A stretch of DNA of 64,000 nucleotides from Fimbriosthenelais zetlandica (lineage: Eukaryota). Location: NCBI GenBank assembly GCA_977030845.1, contig OZ365112.1:2728001-2792000 (forward strand), in the 5' to 3' direction. Below the pieces are notes generated by a model. It did no database searches and was not told where the DNA came from. It saw only the letters and a list, made by a program, of their open reading frames with translations. Within the stretch, counting starts at the first letter, position 1; every line of letters starts with the position of its first letter. Positions 1 to 13,445 of the stretch are shown here, in pieces. Position numbers and translations under genes: made by a program.

Positions 1-466
1 ATACCGCACTTCTATATCAGGTTTCCATATCACATCTTCGTTCGTATCACACTTTCATATTACACTGCCTCTAACTCCATAGGGTGTGTTTTAGGGGTAA
101 GCCCCTACCCCTTTGAGAATGTTTTGGCTGCAATTCCTAACCCCCACCCCTTTATTATCCAAATAATATTGCTTTTCTGATTCATTTCAACCATTTATAA
201 ATGCCCATCGAGATAGTCGCCTGATCCAGTTGCATCTATTGCCTTTATGATTCAAACTCTGTCGGCAATGGAAGCGTTGCATAATCCCACGAGGCCTGTT
301 TCATAAAACTCTGACTCACAATTGATTATAAAATGCGCCCCTAATGCATTCCAAACACTACGATTCCCTTATGCGTTTTCACAACGCCTTCATTGTGACG
401 TCAGCGAAATAGTCCCTGAACGAGCCAGTATTGTGGGCCTGTCATGGGAATGAAATGACTTCCTCA

Positions 467-577
467 AACCCCCTGCTCCCCCACCCCTTCCCCCACTCCC
501 CCCCCATCCCCCACTCCCCCCCCATCCCCCACTCCCCCCCCCCATCCCCCACTCCCCCCCCCCATCCCCCCTCCCCC
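467..577. repeat. C-rich short tandem repeat (CCCCACTCCCCCCCAT-like)
   Basis: Directly visible degenerate ~16-17 bp units; explains ORFs 390..596 and 431..820. Confidence 0.85.
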
Positions 578-1433
578 AGCCATGTTCTCCGTTCACAGTT
601 TCATTACTACAGTCGCTGTGTGGCGATGCCCGACCATCTCAAGAGGGTCCACTTCAAACAGCCCAGCCCAGCCGAGTGTTGTGCTAACCCTTCTCACTTG
701 CCCGAGTACATTCAGTGTCATGCAATAAAAGGCCCTGTGCATTTGCCAGATTGCATTTCATTGAGTTTTCCACGATTCTTGTGCATTTTAATCATGGTTT
801 ATTCAAAACAGGAGCTATGAAGTTTCATTTGAAATAATTTGTAAAACTTCATTCCAATGCCAGAACATCTTAAACAGCACGAAAATGAAATACCATTTTT
901 TAATAACCCGCTACCCAATTAATTGCCTCGTAAAAATCTTGATTTTAATTCAACACGCCGAAGAAATTGATTTAATCCGTCAATGCCAGACCTTCTTATG
1001 TCACAAAATTTAAGTCACAAAACTTTATTATCCAGCAACTAAAGTGTTTGTATTCATGAGAACAAATCATTACGAGTGGATCTTTTTAAAAAATCTGGAT
1101 TTTGGATAATTTGAAAGAGAAGAAAACGTCCTTTGTACTGGTTGAATGTACCATTGAGATTTGTGTGCACTATAGGTACCCTAAACCCTGTTTTGTCGCC
1201 TTCAATGTAAGTCGAGGTCCCATGGTAATACATGTATTGACCAGAACCTTGGCTCACCATGGAGAACCCTAAACTCAATCAGCCTTGTACACCAGGCTGG
1301 CCCACATTCCAGTACCACTGAGGGTTTTGACACACAAAGCCCACTGACATACCGATTTTGCAGATTTTTCCATGTAATTCCATCGGTCGGCGACAGACCA
1401 AAGAATCCGACAGGTGGGAAGTTTGCATTTAGT

Positions 1434-1608
1434 ACAGTGGTACCTCACTATGTTTACCCTTGATTCTCATTTTGTCTGGCTGTAATTCGAAGTGACTGCT
1501 ATAGTGAATATGTTGCACTCGAAGCCCCAATAACATGAAAAATAGAAACTGTACCAATATCATATAAAAGCCATTAAGCGAAATGGTCGTTATAGTGAGG
1601 TAACTGTT
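1434..1608. mobile_element. Degenerate TA-flanked MITE (Tc1/mariner-like termini)
   Basis: Left end TA-CAGTGGTACCTCACTAT; right end ATAGTGAGGTAACTG-TTA is an imperfect inverted copy. CAGT termini with TA target duplication are typical of Tc1/mariner-type elements. Confidence 0.5.
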
Positions 1609-2708
1609 ATACGATGTTTGACTTTATTAAAGGCAATCCGGTCTGATATCAGTTGAACAGGCGGATTATGTTAAAATCGATGGTTGTATCGGGTCAGTGT
1701 GTGCCTGGCGTTAACCTCAGGATGCATGGAGCTGAGGTGAAGGTATAAATCCATTCTGCTTTGGCCTCGGAATAATCTCTACATATTCTATACATTTATT
1801 TTCACTGTGTTATTAGTGTGAGTCAGCTCACGCACCTGATTCCTCACATACTTTCTACCAGCGCTCTTTATAAACGCATGTCTATGTTGCCTTCTGTACA
1901 AGTAATCTATGTTGCCTTCTGTACAAATTTCTCAGACACACCCAATTTGATTAGGGCAACACTGAAAATACCTGGTGCTCTAAGCTGAGCTAATTTCCTT
2001 TAGCTCTTCCTTCGATCCCCAAAACCCACCCTTTAAGGCAGAAGTAAGATTTTCAGAAACAGATCCTTGGAGGGAGAGGGATTTGTCAGTGTTTTCTGTC
2101 ATTGTAGCGACCACCTACTGCCCAATAACAGAGCCGGTCAAACTGAATGACAAAGCAGACGGACAGGGCAGTGATATATGTCTGGTCTAGATTGAAATCT
2201 TACTACAATGGTTGAGGTCGGGGCCTGCAGATCCCCAGTAATTTGGCGGATCGTGAAATTGAGTCATGGGGCCTGGCCTTTATTCCATTGAAATAAGAAA
2301 CAGATTTATCTTGGTTTTAGATTTGGGATTGACAAATATTTTTTGGATGAATACATGTTGGGGATGGCATTCTTTGAGTTGGCCAGATTTTGGATATGAA
2401 TACATTCTTGGGAGACTGGAAACACAATTTCACAAGCGTGAAAGTTTGCCTTGCTACTACAGTTTCATAAAACAATAATGGATTTGATGGAATAAATGTC
2501 ACCAATCTGAACATGGCAAACCAGTATTTATGTTAATTTTTAAATGGATTGCCCACCGGGTTAATGAAAATGTCTATCCCACTTAAAATCCATCCACTGA
2601 AAAGGAAAATAATCAATTTAATTACTTCCTGAATTCTTTGGTTTTGTATTATTTTTGGGATTTGGAATGATCAGCTATAAATGGACTAAAGCAGAGACCT
2701 TACCTAAG

Positions 2709-3615
2709 GCTGACTATAGTCCCGATGTTGTCAACGCTCTCTGGACTAGTTGTATATTGGGAGTCCACTTGCAAGAATCACTGCAAGAATCGCAAGGCAA
2801 TTATCCCTGATGGGTACTCAATTAGTCTAGCAGCTCATTAGACATATCCACTAGGGATTCATGACTTACAATTCTTCCAAGTTTTATACCATGTCCTCCA
2901 ATTTCTCCACACAAAGGAGGGGGCAGGGGTTACAGATGCCAGTCCCCTAAATGGACCGGGGGTAGGGGGTGTACATTGCCACTTCAATTGCTGACTTTAG
3001 CCTTTGGTGCTTGCAGCTTTTCTTTTCTGGCAGCAATTGATGTATTTGTGATTGATGGTCTTGTAGAGAAGCACCACTTGCAAGAATCACTGCAAGAATC
3101 ACCAGGCAATGATCTCTGGTAGGTACCCGATAAGGTACCAAGTCATTTGAGATATCCACAAGATATTCATGACTTGCAATTCTTGCAAAGTTCCTCCAAT
3201 GTCTCCCCACACAGAAGGAGTTACTGATGCCAGTCACCTTCATGGACTGTCCCTGGATGGAGGGGGTAGGAGAGGTCCACATTCTGTCGAGAGAGATCTC
3301 AATTGCTGACTATAGCCTCACAGCATGTTATTTTCTGGCAGTAATTGATGCTCTTATGTTTGATGGTCTTGTAGACAAGTACCACTTACTAGAATCACTG
3401 CAAGAATCACAAGGCAATGATCACTAGTTTGTACCCAATTAGTGTACCAGTTTACTAGATATTCCACTTGATATTCATGAATTGCAATTCTTGCAAAGTT
3501 TCATACCTGTGTCCTCTAAATGTCCTCCCACAGAGCAGGGGCAGGCGGTGGGGGTTACAAATGCCAGTCACCTATATGGACTGGAGAGGGAATGCTTGGA
3601 TATCCAAATGTGAGA
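2709..3615. repeat. Three diverged tandem copies of a ~280-315 bp unit
   Basis: GCTGACT(A/T)TAG recurs at ~2709, 2990 and 3305; CACTTGCAAGAATCACTGCAAGAATC-like and GATGCCAGTC-like blocks recur in each copy. Confidence 0.85.
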
Positions 3616-3644
3616 TTGTTGCCTTATTGAGCTGGTCTTTAAAT

Positions 3645-4052
3645 GGCATGGTCGCTATATAGAGAGATGGTCGCTTTAGTTACGTAGTCGATTTAGATGG
3701 TCACTTTAGTGAGATTTTCAGTTTATGAGGTTGTTGCACTATTGAGCTGGTCGCTATAATAGAGAGATGGTGGCTATAGTGAGGTGGTCGCCTTACATGG
3801 TCAGTTTAGTAAGATGGTCGCCTTATTGAAGTGGTCGCTTTAATGAGACCTGACTACCTATATACCAGACCTGGTCAGCTTATTCCATGCACCCAGTTGT
3901 TTCATAATTAGTGAGATGCTGAGAGATGGCTATAATGAGGTGGTCGCCTTAGATGGTCAGTTTAGTGAGATGGTCGCCTTATTGAAGTGGTCTCTTTAAT
4001 GAGACCTGACTGTACCTATAGACCAGACCTGGTCAGCTTATATTCCATGCAC
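3645..4052. repeat. AGATGGTCGCTTTAGT-type degenerate repeat cluster with an internal ~155 bp duplication
   Basis: Repeated ATGGTCGC motifs; GAGACCTGACT...CCAGACCTGGTCAGCTTA...CCATGCACC occurs at ~3845 and ~4001. Confidence 0.8.
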
Positions 4053-4059
4053 CTAGTGT

Positions 4060-4512
4060 AGCAGGTGCTACCCGCTAGCCCTGCTTCCTCTCTAACCAAC
4101 TTACCTCACACCACTTCTGACTGGCCTTCCCGTCTATTACTGCTTTCTTTCCATTGACCTGAGTTAAATACATAATCCCTGCCCAGTCTCCCCCGGGTCT
4201 GCTTCTCACAACCTTAACCATATCCATCTTAATTCATGTGTCTTCTACTGTTTACAATGAGCGTTCACTAGGGTGAAAACAGTGCTGGAAGTAATTGAGG
4301 GTTTGCACCCAAAAATGGAAACTACTTATTCATCTTTCTAAGTTTGTGTTTTGTAATTTGGACCCAATCATTACTCTTCTTTCTGATTTTGTGTTTTGGA
4401 ACCAGAGTAAATGAATTTTAAACTTTTCAGTATTACCTACATTGTCTTTTTGTAAATTTGTTTTTGTGAGGCATATGAAATGGATTTCTTTATGGTTCCT
4501 GTCCACCTTCAA
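4060..4512 (-). pseudogene. Highly decayed non-LTR retrotransposon (LINE) fragment with endonuclease-like and RT-like motifs
   Basis: Minus-strand EIHFICLTKTNLQ resembles the APE motif DIICLTETHL. IMYLTQVNGKKAVIDGKASQKWCEVSWLERKQG*RVAPATL resembles the RT segment V.I.G..S.WF.V..GLRQGC.LSP.LF. By-eye match only. Confidence 0.4.
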
Positions 4513-5190
4513 GTTTATAATTTCATACTACCGAATCGAATTTAGTATGTTCCTGTCCAGTTCATTCTGATACATATCTCTGTGAAACTAAATCTAAAAA
4601 ATATAAGCTAAGATTTACATATAATATGTCTGTAAGACTGCATGATAATAATAAAAATATAAATTTAAAGACAAATATGAAACAAACAGACAGGCAGAGA
4701 CAGACAGATACCCCGACAGCCCCCACCCCTTCCATCATCAGACTAAACTACATTTGGTACAGATCTGGGTCTATAGCACCATCAGTGTCTGTGCCTGACC
4801 TTGCCCTTCTCCGCCCGTCCTTGCCCCTATCCCTACATTAGAATGTGATTAGTTTTGATTCCGTCCTCTCCACAAGGCTGTCTAACCTATCTCTACCATC
4901 ATTGTATCGATCTGTTTTAACGTATTGGCTACAAACGTTACCATTGGTGACCTTTTGCCTAATCCCTATTTACACCATACTGCAGATTAGTAATAGATCT
5001 GATTTGAATTAATGTATTTAGGCTGAATGTTAGTGCGTTCATTGGGTAATTGATTGAATGATCTGGCCATTCCCATAGTGTGTACTTTTAAAGTGATACT
5101 TTGATTCAATATTTTTGGTCTGACCTGCTTTCGGTTCCCCTCCATGTGCAGCATGTACTATTGGCTATTTCGCTGGTATATTTGGATTCT

Positions 5191-5465
5191 CTTGGTTAGA
5201 TCATCAGCTCATTCACAGAAGTACCCATGACTGAGGGGTCGGCGGTTCAATTCCCGAGCAACCCAAGGGATTTTCACTGCCTCCCTCCTCCCTATGTGTA
5301 TATATTCTAAATTACCTGCTCAGAAATAATCTGTTGTGAATGCAGAAGGTGACATAGTAATGCACTCAGAAAGCGTCCCCTCCCGAAAGCACACAAAAAC
5401 AAAGGAATCGAGTTAGTGGGACTGGGAAACAATGGACCACTTACATGTATACCCCCTAGCTGAAT
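5191..5465 (+). mobile_element. tRNA-derived SINE copy (family S1)
   Basis: TTGGTTAGA..CAGCTCATTCA head and B box GGTTCAATTCC at 5244; body aligns with the 14479 copy (GCCTCCCTCCTC; GAAGGTGACATAGTAATGCAC; AGAAAGCGTCCCC). Confidence 0.75.
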
Positions 5466-5469
5466 ATGA

Positions 5470-5655
5470 ACCCTGGACTCCACTGCTGCGATTTTGCTTG
5501 CCACAAAGGGGATGCTTGTGTCGCAGTAAAATTCATAAATTGTCTTTGAAATCTGCAAGGCTTTAAGACCGTTTTCCAGTGGTAGATTTTTCATTGTGAC
5601 ACAAGCATCAACTTTGTCGCAGTAATGTCGCAAGCAAAAACGCAGTCGCCCCTTT
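5470..5655. mobile_element. MITE family A (PIF/Harbinger-like), degenerate right end
   Basis: CCTGGACTCCACTGCTGCGATTTTGCTTG left arm and GTCGCAAGCAAAAACGCAG right arm; homologous to the 13763 and 58772 copies. Confidence 0.8.
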
Positions 5656-6924
5656 ACTCAAGAAGAAAGAGACCCAGCTTGAAACTTAAAAACTTAGATC
5701 TGTGAGAATTCCAAGTAAAAGTATAACTGTGGACAGAGTCTATGCATAGATCTAAGTTCCAAGCCAACTAATTCAAGCCATATAATTCAATTGATTTACT
5801 GAATTCAAGCAAAAGAATTCCAACTAAAAGTACCTGGTCATTAACATATGGTGTGACTGTAGAGATAGTTGAATGCCACCAGTTGGACGTCTGGTTAGTG
5901 TGGCTGGAGTGTTGCTGTAATGGTCAACATCAGTAGCTTAATGCACACAGGACCCAGTATCAAATGGCCAATAATGGTCAGACACAACACCAGCCAACAG
6001 GCGCCAAAAGCCTACAACATAAAGGCAAACCATGTTCCCACCCCAGCCTCAATGACACGCCAAATACCCACCGAGAATACTCCCCTCCTTGATCGATCAA
6101 ATGACAAGAAATTCAATTTGTGAGAGAGAAAAGGCAAAATGTGTAGACGTTATTGGAGAATCACCTTAAAGTCTTAATTCTATTACATTGAGGCATTTGA
6201 ATATTGGCTTTACGATTTACTGAATTTAATTTCCGTTTGGAATCACTGCAGTGAATTATCTGTCGACCTACTTTGTCATTTGAAGCGAAATGTAATCAGA
6301 TGCTGGCGAGTTCTACAAGTACGATATGGGCATTAAGGCCATCCATTAAAGGCAAGTAAAGCCTGCCTCTTACATATGCAAAAGATGAAAAAAATGGAGG
6401 GCTCTGCCACATGAATTCATTTGATTTTACATAATATTAAATTGCTGAGTCAGTCTCATTTGCCTCTCAGATTCCCACTCTACTCATTTGCCTAAGTTTT
6501 TTTGTTTTTTTAAAAACCAATTTATTCAACCGTCTCAGGTACAGTGCATGTTTTGTGTATCCAAAAAGTTACCATTTTTGCATATCCATAACTTTTTGTG
6601 CTTAATGCATTTTTAGCTTTATTTATCCATGTAAACAGAGAGTGATATTTGGACTGAAAGCGGGAGAAAGGGGTGAGAAGCGACAATGGCGTGGGAGGGG
6701 GAGTCATATATATAGGTAAGATTGGGGGTGGGTAAAGGGATGCCTGGGGTTCCCCCCCCCCCTCCCCATCTGTTTCAGTCGCTGTGAAGTAACCTCGCGC
6801 ACCAATAAGCGCCTAATCTCACAGTGACTAAATATAACTGATATGTATAGGATGAAAGGCCAGCGGCTCTATTAGATACACCCTAGACAAGGCCACAAAC
6901 CTACCTCTATATGTGCCTTCATAC

Positions 6925-7630
6925 TTCACTCCCTCCCCATCCCCCTTTCTCGCTACCATCTCCCTTCTTCTAACCCCCGCCCCCCTACTCGTTCCCTTTC
7001 TTATCCCCTTGTCTCGATCTCTGAGGCCCTGTACTCCCACCTCCCCTCCCTTTCCTCCTCCTCACTCCCTTTTCTGCCATCTTTCCATCGTTCTCTGCTC
7101 TTCTGCCCCCTCACTTCACCTTCTCCATAGCCCGGCCCTTACCCATCCCCTGTTCCCCACTCCATTTCTTCCCTAACTCCATGCACCTATCTTACCCCGT
7201 TCCACTTGCTCCTCCTCCACTCCTACTCTTCCCTCCGTTCCACTTGCTCCTCCTCCACTCCTACTCTTCCCTCCGTTCCACTTGCTCCTCCTCCACTCCT
7301 ACTCTTCCCTCCGTTCCACTTGCTCCTCCTCCACTCCTACTCTTCCCTCCGTTCCACTTGCTCCTCCTCCACTCCTTCCCTTTCCCATGTGCCTTTTCCT
7401 TAATCCATCCCCTTCTTTCTCCTTGCTTCCCTTTCCCATAATTATACTCTTTTCCTCCTCCCCTTGTCTTCTCCTTATTCTCTCCCCCTGTCTCCTTCCC
7501 TTCATCCCTGTATCTTTTCCAACCTTCCCCCCCTGCCCCCTCCACACCCCTCCCCCTCCCCCTGCCCCTCTACACCCCTCCCCCCTGCCCCCTCTACACC
7601 CCTCCCACCACAATCCTCCTCCTCCCACTT
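6925..7630. repeat. Pyrimidine-rich tract containing a 38-bp minisatellite (7195-7376, ~4.7 copies)
   Basis: Unit CCGTTCCACTTGCTCCTCCTCCACTCCTACTCTTCCCT; the Pro/Leu/Ser-rich ORFs here are low-complexity artefacts. Confidence 0.9.
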
Positions 7631-8456
7631 GCTACTGTCTAGATTTGGTGAACGTGACCATCCCTTAATTGACTACCAACCTAAACTTTTTATTTCATTT
7701 CATTTCTTCTTCACTTTCTCTTTTCTCAGTGTTTATATAGAAGTACACATTGAGCTGTATTTCGTTTATACAGATGTTGCTTGACATCCCTTTCCTGTCT
7801 CCCCTCTCTCTGATTTTCTTGTTTGCATTCCTGTACAGCAAGTCCTGTATTTGTCTTGACAAGACAAAGGAAGCAATATTAATTTCAAGTCCTTACAAAA
7901 GCCTCACAAAAAGCGCCACCAGATTGAAGTCCGATACTTCATATCTGTTCTTATTAATAAATCAGGCTTAGCTCCGAGAGACCGTTATTCTTGTGAAATA
8001 TCCAAGGAGGAGAAAAATGATTCAAAACTTGAATCAGGAGGAGTTAATTCATAACAGACTCCAGATGGTCATAAATAAGAACAATGAAGGCCAATCAATC
8101 AGTCACTGGCCTATTTAACTTCTAGACCATGTTTCATTTCAGTCTCATTTAATTATTTTTATTCCATCATAAGGGTTAAGATTTTTACCATTAGAGCCAA
8201 CTTGTTCAAACTAATTGCCGTACCGATCAATGCATATAGATATAGGCTACAAAAACCGGTCAACTCAATGCTAATAATATGCATTAAACGATTTAAAGCA
8301 ATGAACCAATTTCCATTGTTTTCTCGTTGGCCATAAATAATTCGCCAAGGAGAAACAGAATGAAGGTAATACTAGCTATTCTGGCTCATAGGTGGGCCTT
8401 CCCCGAAGTTATCTAAGAAAATTCCCCATAAGAAGCTGACATAAGGGGAAGCATAA

Positions 8457-8667
8457 AGCCGGGAATACACTAATCCGTTTCCCTATCCAGAACCATCCGA
8501 TAGCTGTCAGAAACTATATTTCTGTTCACACCAAACGTTTGTAATTTTAACAGTCCCTTACACATAGGTAAGGCTAACCACCGACGAGATTTCAATCTTT
8601 AGATGTCAGTAGAAATAGGGTATCGGATGGCGACGGATAGGAGAATCGGATGAGTGTATTCCCGGCT
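8457..8667. mobile_element. MITE family B, full length (PIF/Harbinger-like)
   Basis: TAA-AGCCGGGAATACACTAATCCG ... CGGATGAGTGTATTCCCGGCT-TAA: terminal inverted repeats with a perfect TAA target duplication. Confidence 0.9.
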
Positions 8668-9710
8668 TAATGCTACTATTGCCTTAAAGGCATACTGTAC
8701 TTGTATTGACACTCAGTACAAAACATCTTTGTATGGGTTATAAACAAACATGTACTATAGTAGTAGTTTTATATCGAGCTTAAAAAACCCTACACTTTGT
8801 TCGTATCTGAACTATATTTCCAAATCGATGCGCAAAAAAGGAAGAAAGTAGTACGGAGTTCTTTATATGAGGCCTCGCTCCTGTTCTCCATTCACCCCTG
8901 CCACTCCATGCCTCTCTGTTAAATCACAAGAAATGCTGAATAATCAAAAAAAATTGAGACTCTCCCTTCTACACCTGTCTTTAATCAATCCTGTTTGCCT
9001 TTGTGGTTTTATATAAAAGTGCGAAGAACCTAAGCTTTCAGACTTCAAAGGAAACTAGAGCAGGCTCTCCAAAAATGATAAATTCAGGGTTGACATCAGG
9101 AAATGAGTACTTATGTTGTTATACATGAAAACATAATATCTTGGGTGAAGGACCCTTTTATTGATAAAAACAAAATACACTATATCGACTGCACATACAT
9201 ACAAACTAATCTGTCTGTAAAAAGTGTATAGGGTTGCAAATGGAAATATTGAAATAAGTAAGCTTTCAGCATCAAGCTTTTATCTTTGCCATGATAACTC
9301 GCCATATTTCACCCTTTTTTCAGTGTATGAGCCTTTGTGCTTTCTCATTCATAAATACTTCTGTTAACACTCTTTTCTCGGTGTACAGATCTTTGTCCTT
9401 TTACATTTTTTTTTTTAGGTATTATTGAAAAAAACTTTATACAGTTAAGCTGTATTAATACTGAGCCATTTTCTTGATGTACCAGTTCCCAGTGACTCTG
9501 AACATCAGGGAAAACCTGGGTATTTAGGGTATTTCAACACTGACTCAGAAGGATTAATATTTCGGAGATTGACGCGTACAATCCCACGCCCGCCACTGAC
9601 GTTTAGAGTGCTTCATATGACTAAAATAGCTCCTGGAATTTAAAGGCTTACTCTGGGAAAACTCAGGGAATTCTGTGTCCATGAACAGCTGGGAACCCTG
9701 TCAGTTAGTC

Positions 9711-10502
9711 GGCTTGGTGTGGAGGCAGCTGAAGCCATCCATTCTGGCTTGGTGTGGAGGCAGCTGAAGCCATCCATTCTGGCTTGGTGTGGAGGCAGCT
9801 GAAGCCATCCATTCTGGCTTGGTGTGAAGGCAGCTGAAGCCATCCATTCTGGCTTGGTGTGATGGCAGCTGAAGCCATCCATTCTGGCTTGGTGTGAAGG
9901 CAGCTGAAGCCATCCATTCTGGCTTGGTGTGAAGGCAGCTGAAGCCATCCATTCTGGCTTGGTGTGAAGGCAGCTGAAGCCATCCATTCTGGCTTGGTGT
10001 GAAGGCAGCTGAAGCCATCCATTCTGGCTTGGTGTGATGGCAGCTGAAGCCATCCATTCTGGCTTGGTGTGATGGCAGCTGAAGCCATCCATTCTGGCTT
10101 GGTGTGAAGGCAGCTGAAGCCATCCATTCTGGCTTGGTGTGAGGGCAGCTGAAGCCATCCATTCTGGCTTGGTGTGATGGCAGCTGAAGCCATCCATTCT
10201 GGCTTGGTGTGAAGGCAGCTGAAGCCATCCATTCTGGCTTGGTGTGAAGGCAGCTGAAGCCATCCATTCTGGCTTGGTGTGAAGGCAGCTGAAGCCATCC
10301 ATTCTGGCTTGGTGTGATGGCTTGGTGTGAAGGCAGCTGAAGCCATCCATTCTGGCTTGGTGTGATGGCTTGGTGTGAAGGCAGCTGAAGCCATCCATTC
10401 TGGCTTGGTGTGATGGCTTGGTGTGAAGGCAGCTGAAGCCATCCATTCTGGCTTGGTGTGATGGCTTGGTGTGAAGGCAGCTGAAGCCATCCATTCTGGC
10501 TT
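9711..10502. repeat. 35-bp minisatellite, ~21 copies
   Basis: Unit GGCTTGGTGTGAAGGCAGCTGAAGCCATCCATTCT; the last three units carry an extra 13 bp (GGCTTGGTGTGAT). Confidence 0.97.
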
Positions 10503-10701
10503 GTTTGCCCTGCCGCCGCCAAGCAAGGCCACTAAGTGTTACTCAGCTGTGTTGTTTCAAAGCGTCTCATTGACATCTTGATGGTGTTTTTATGTAAGAG
10601 AGGAAGAATAGGGGTCAGTGATGACCTGCTCACCGTCAGCTCACCATCAGCTCACCCTGCTCAATGACACCTCACAGTCCTGATGTACGTCTACTTCTAC
10701 C

Positions 10702-10861
10702 NNNNNNNNNNNNNNNNNNNNNNNNNNNNNNNNNNNNNNNNNNNNNNNNNNNNNNNNNNNNNNNNNNNNNNNNNNNNNNNNNNNNNNNNNNNNNNNNNNN
10801 NNNNNNNNNNNNNNNNNNNNNNNNNNNNNNNNNNNNNNNNNNNNNNNNNNNNNNNNNNNNN
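10702..10861. other. Assembly gap (160 N)
   Basis: Run of N directly followed by a (CT)-rich tract. Confidence 1.
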
Positions 10862-11196
10862 TTGCTCTCTCTTTCGCTCACTCTATCTCTCTCTGTCTCT
10901 CTCTTATCTCTGTCTGTCTGTCTCTCTCTCTGCCTCTCTCTCATCTGTCTCTCTCTTCCTCTCTCTCTGTCTCTATCTCTCGTTCTTCTGTCACTACCCC
11001 TGTGTCTTTCTCCATCTCTTTCTACCTCTCTAAACCTTTCAGAAGTTATTTTTCTGTTTTTCTCCCTTATATCTCTACTTATTTCTTTCTCACAGTTTCT
11101 TTCTTCCCTTAATTTTCTCTATCTCCGTTTATTTCTTTCTTGCTTTCCCTCAGTGTGTATCTTTGTAACTAAATCTCTTCAAAACTCTCTCTCTCA

Positions 11197-11244
<48 letters not shown>

Positions 11245-11255
11245 TCCGCTCTAAC
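10862..11255. repeat. (CT)n-rich low-complexity tract
   Basis: Directly visible. Confidence 0.9.
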
Positions 11256-11994
11256 TCATCATTCGTAAACTGGGAAATATAGTGTCAATAATTCAACGTT
11301 TCCTTATCAAAACTGAAGCCATTCTATGGGCCAATTTAACTTGTCCTATTATATGAGAAAAGGTCTGAAAAACCCCGCGAACAGCAACTGGCAAATGAAA
11401 GCAGTCGCTCCACATATCAAAATTCATCAGAGCCCAAAATTCTTTCAGATATAAGTGCATCCTTTTTGGTCTTAGCTAATTGGTTCTTCATGGCCTTCTA
11501 GGTGGCATTTCTAGAGACGACCTTTAAGATAATTTTGATAATTTGAATCATGGTTTTGAATATAAGGTAATAGGACATCCTGGTGTGGTGTATTGTTTCA
11601 TGTAATACCGCAGATTTATCATTTAATGTCATGACATTCCCCCAGTAGGCGGCGCCTCCTAGGTTCCTGCCAACTCCCCAAGGGAGTGAGAGCGGGGGAG
11701 GAAGTGATGGGAGCAGCGTGGGAGGACTGGCTTTCAGGGGAAGAGGGGGTTTGGGGAATGAGGGGGAATAAATGGGAAATGAGGTTGATGGGTGGTAGGA
11801 GCTGAAGAAGGGAGAAGTGATGGAGAACAATTTGAAAGGGAAAAGTGGGGAGAATTGAGGGTTCAAAAGAATTACTGTACTGACCCCTTGTTGCCTGAAC
11901 CCAGTGTAGGACTGGGAGAGTTGGTAGTAGGGTTGGGAGGAATTGGAGCGGAAAGAAGAAAAAAGTTTGTCTGGGGTTTGCTGTTGATGGATGT

Positions 11995-12430
11995 GCCGAG
12001 AGAGAGAGAGAGACAGATAGAGACAGATAGAGACACAGAGAGAGAGACAGATAGAGACAGAGAGAGAAGGATAGATAAAGAGCAGTGAAGAGTGGAAGAG
12101 CAGTGAATAACAGAGAAGTATAGAAAGAAAGGAGAAGAAAGCAGAGATATTGAAAGTGACGAGAGGAGGAGAAAGGAGAGAGATAAAGATGGAGAAGTGA
12201 ATGAGATGGAGAAAGGGGACAGATTACTGACAAACTGAAGAAAGATATTGAGAAAGGAAGGAGAGAGAGATTCAGATCATTGAAGAAAGAGATTGAGAAA
12301 GGAAGGAGAGAGAGATTCAGATCATTGTAGAAAGATATTGAGAAAGAAGAGAGAGACCTTGGAGTTAGAGGGACAAAGAGAGGAGAGAGAAAGAGGTCAG
12401 AAATGTGTAGGTAGATTGAGAGAGGAGATG
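11995..12430. repeat. (GA)-rich tract including a ~47-bp unit repeated 2-3 times (12238-12355)
   Basis: GAAAGATATTGAGAAAGGAAGGAGAGAGAGATTCAGATCATTG recurs. Confidence 0.85.
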
Positions 12431-13445
12431 GTGGGTGATGTAGGAGGGAATGTGTAGGTCTGTTGGGAGCTGTCAGAGTTCTAACAGTCGGTATTCATGG
12501 TGTGATGTGATGACAGTAGATGCTTCACATCACACCCATAGAGTGTGAAGATAGTAGGCCAGGCTGGCATCTATAATACCATGCTGCTCATTTATACTAC
12601 TCTAATATTACTGAGTAGCCTTGAATTTCTATTGAAAACAACCATACTCTCTAATATTATGCTGGCTCCCTGTACTATGACAGTAACCTTCTGTAAAATT
12701 ACTGGCAATTCCCTGAAATATTAGTTATTCCATTTAATATTACAGAAGATTTCCTAAAATATTGCTGAGATTTCCTCAAATATTACAGAAATTCACCTTA
12801 AAGGTTGGCCATCTCATAAGTTCGCAGATTTTTTTTTCTGAATCTAAGTCCTTTAAAACAGTAGGTGGTTGTCTGAGGTCCACTTTAATTTGTGAAATAA
12901 CAGTTGCATGCATCGCTTTCCATGATTTCAGCCAATGTTTTTCACGCTTTGGGGTGGTGGTATGGCTCCAAATTAAAGGACTTAAATTTAGAAAAATATG
13001 GCCAATAATACATACTCAAATCCCTGAAAAATGTTGTACACCTTATCCAATTGATTTCTTCAGCAGTTGGCTGTGCGACTCCCATACCCATCCCCACTAA
13101 GGATTAGAATTGGAATATTAGCATTAATTTTCCTGCAACTAATTACAAGCTAATGAGCAATGCAAATTGGTCAAAAAGGTGAAAATTACATAAAAATGGC
13201 GACCAGTAAAGCAGCCCTTTATTGGCCGTTAATGCAGTTTTCAGTGGACGCCAGGGAGGCAGGTCATTTCACAGCCATTTAGGCCTCACAATACTTCCCC
13301 ACTTCATGAAAATTGCCTTTTAAATTAACCATTTAATTCATGTCTCATAATATTGCTTTTTCAACGAATGCAGCGAGAAGCATTGTTTCTGAAAATGTAG
13401 TAGAACTTTAGACAGTGAGATGGTCGCTTTAGTAAGTGATGTCTT

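Noticed and set aside
1054-1278. ORF with MAM-domain-like GSGQYMYY...GDK
   Set aside because: The expected upstream MAM motifs (CxFE, DW, DHT) are not in frame, there is an in-frame stop just upstream, and no good splice sites bound it.
9640-10532. Three 273-284 aa minus-strand ORFs
   Set aside because: They are translations of a stop-free 35-bp repeat; all three frames give the same cyclic peptide.
12797-13323. Kolobok-like element bounded by TTAAAGG...CCTTTAA
   Set aside because: Only 7 bp of terminal match and no second copy in the window to define it.
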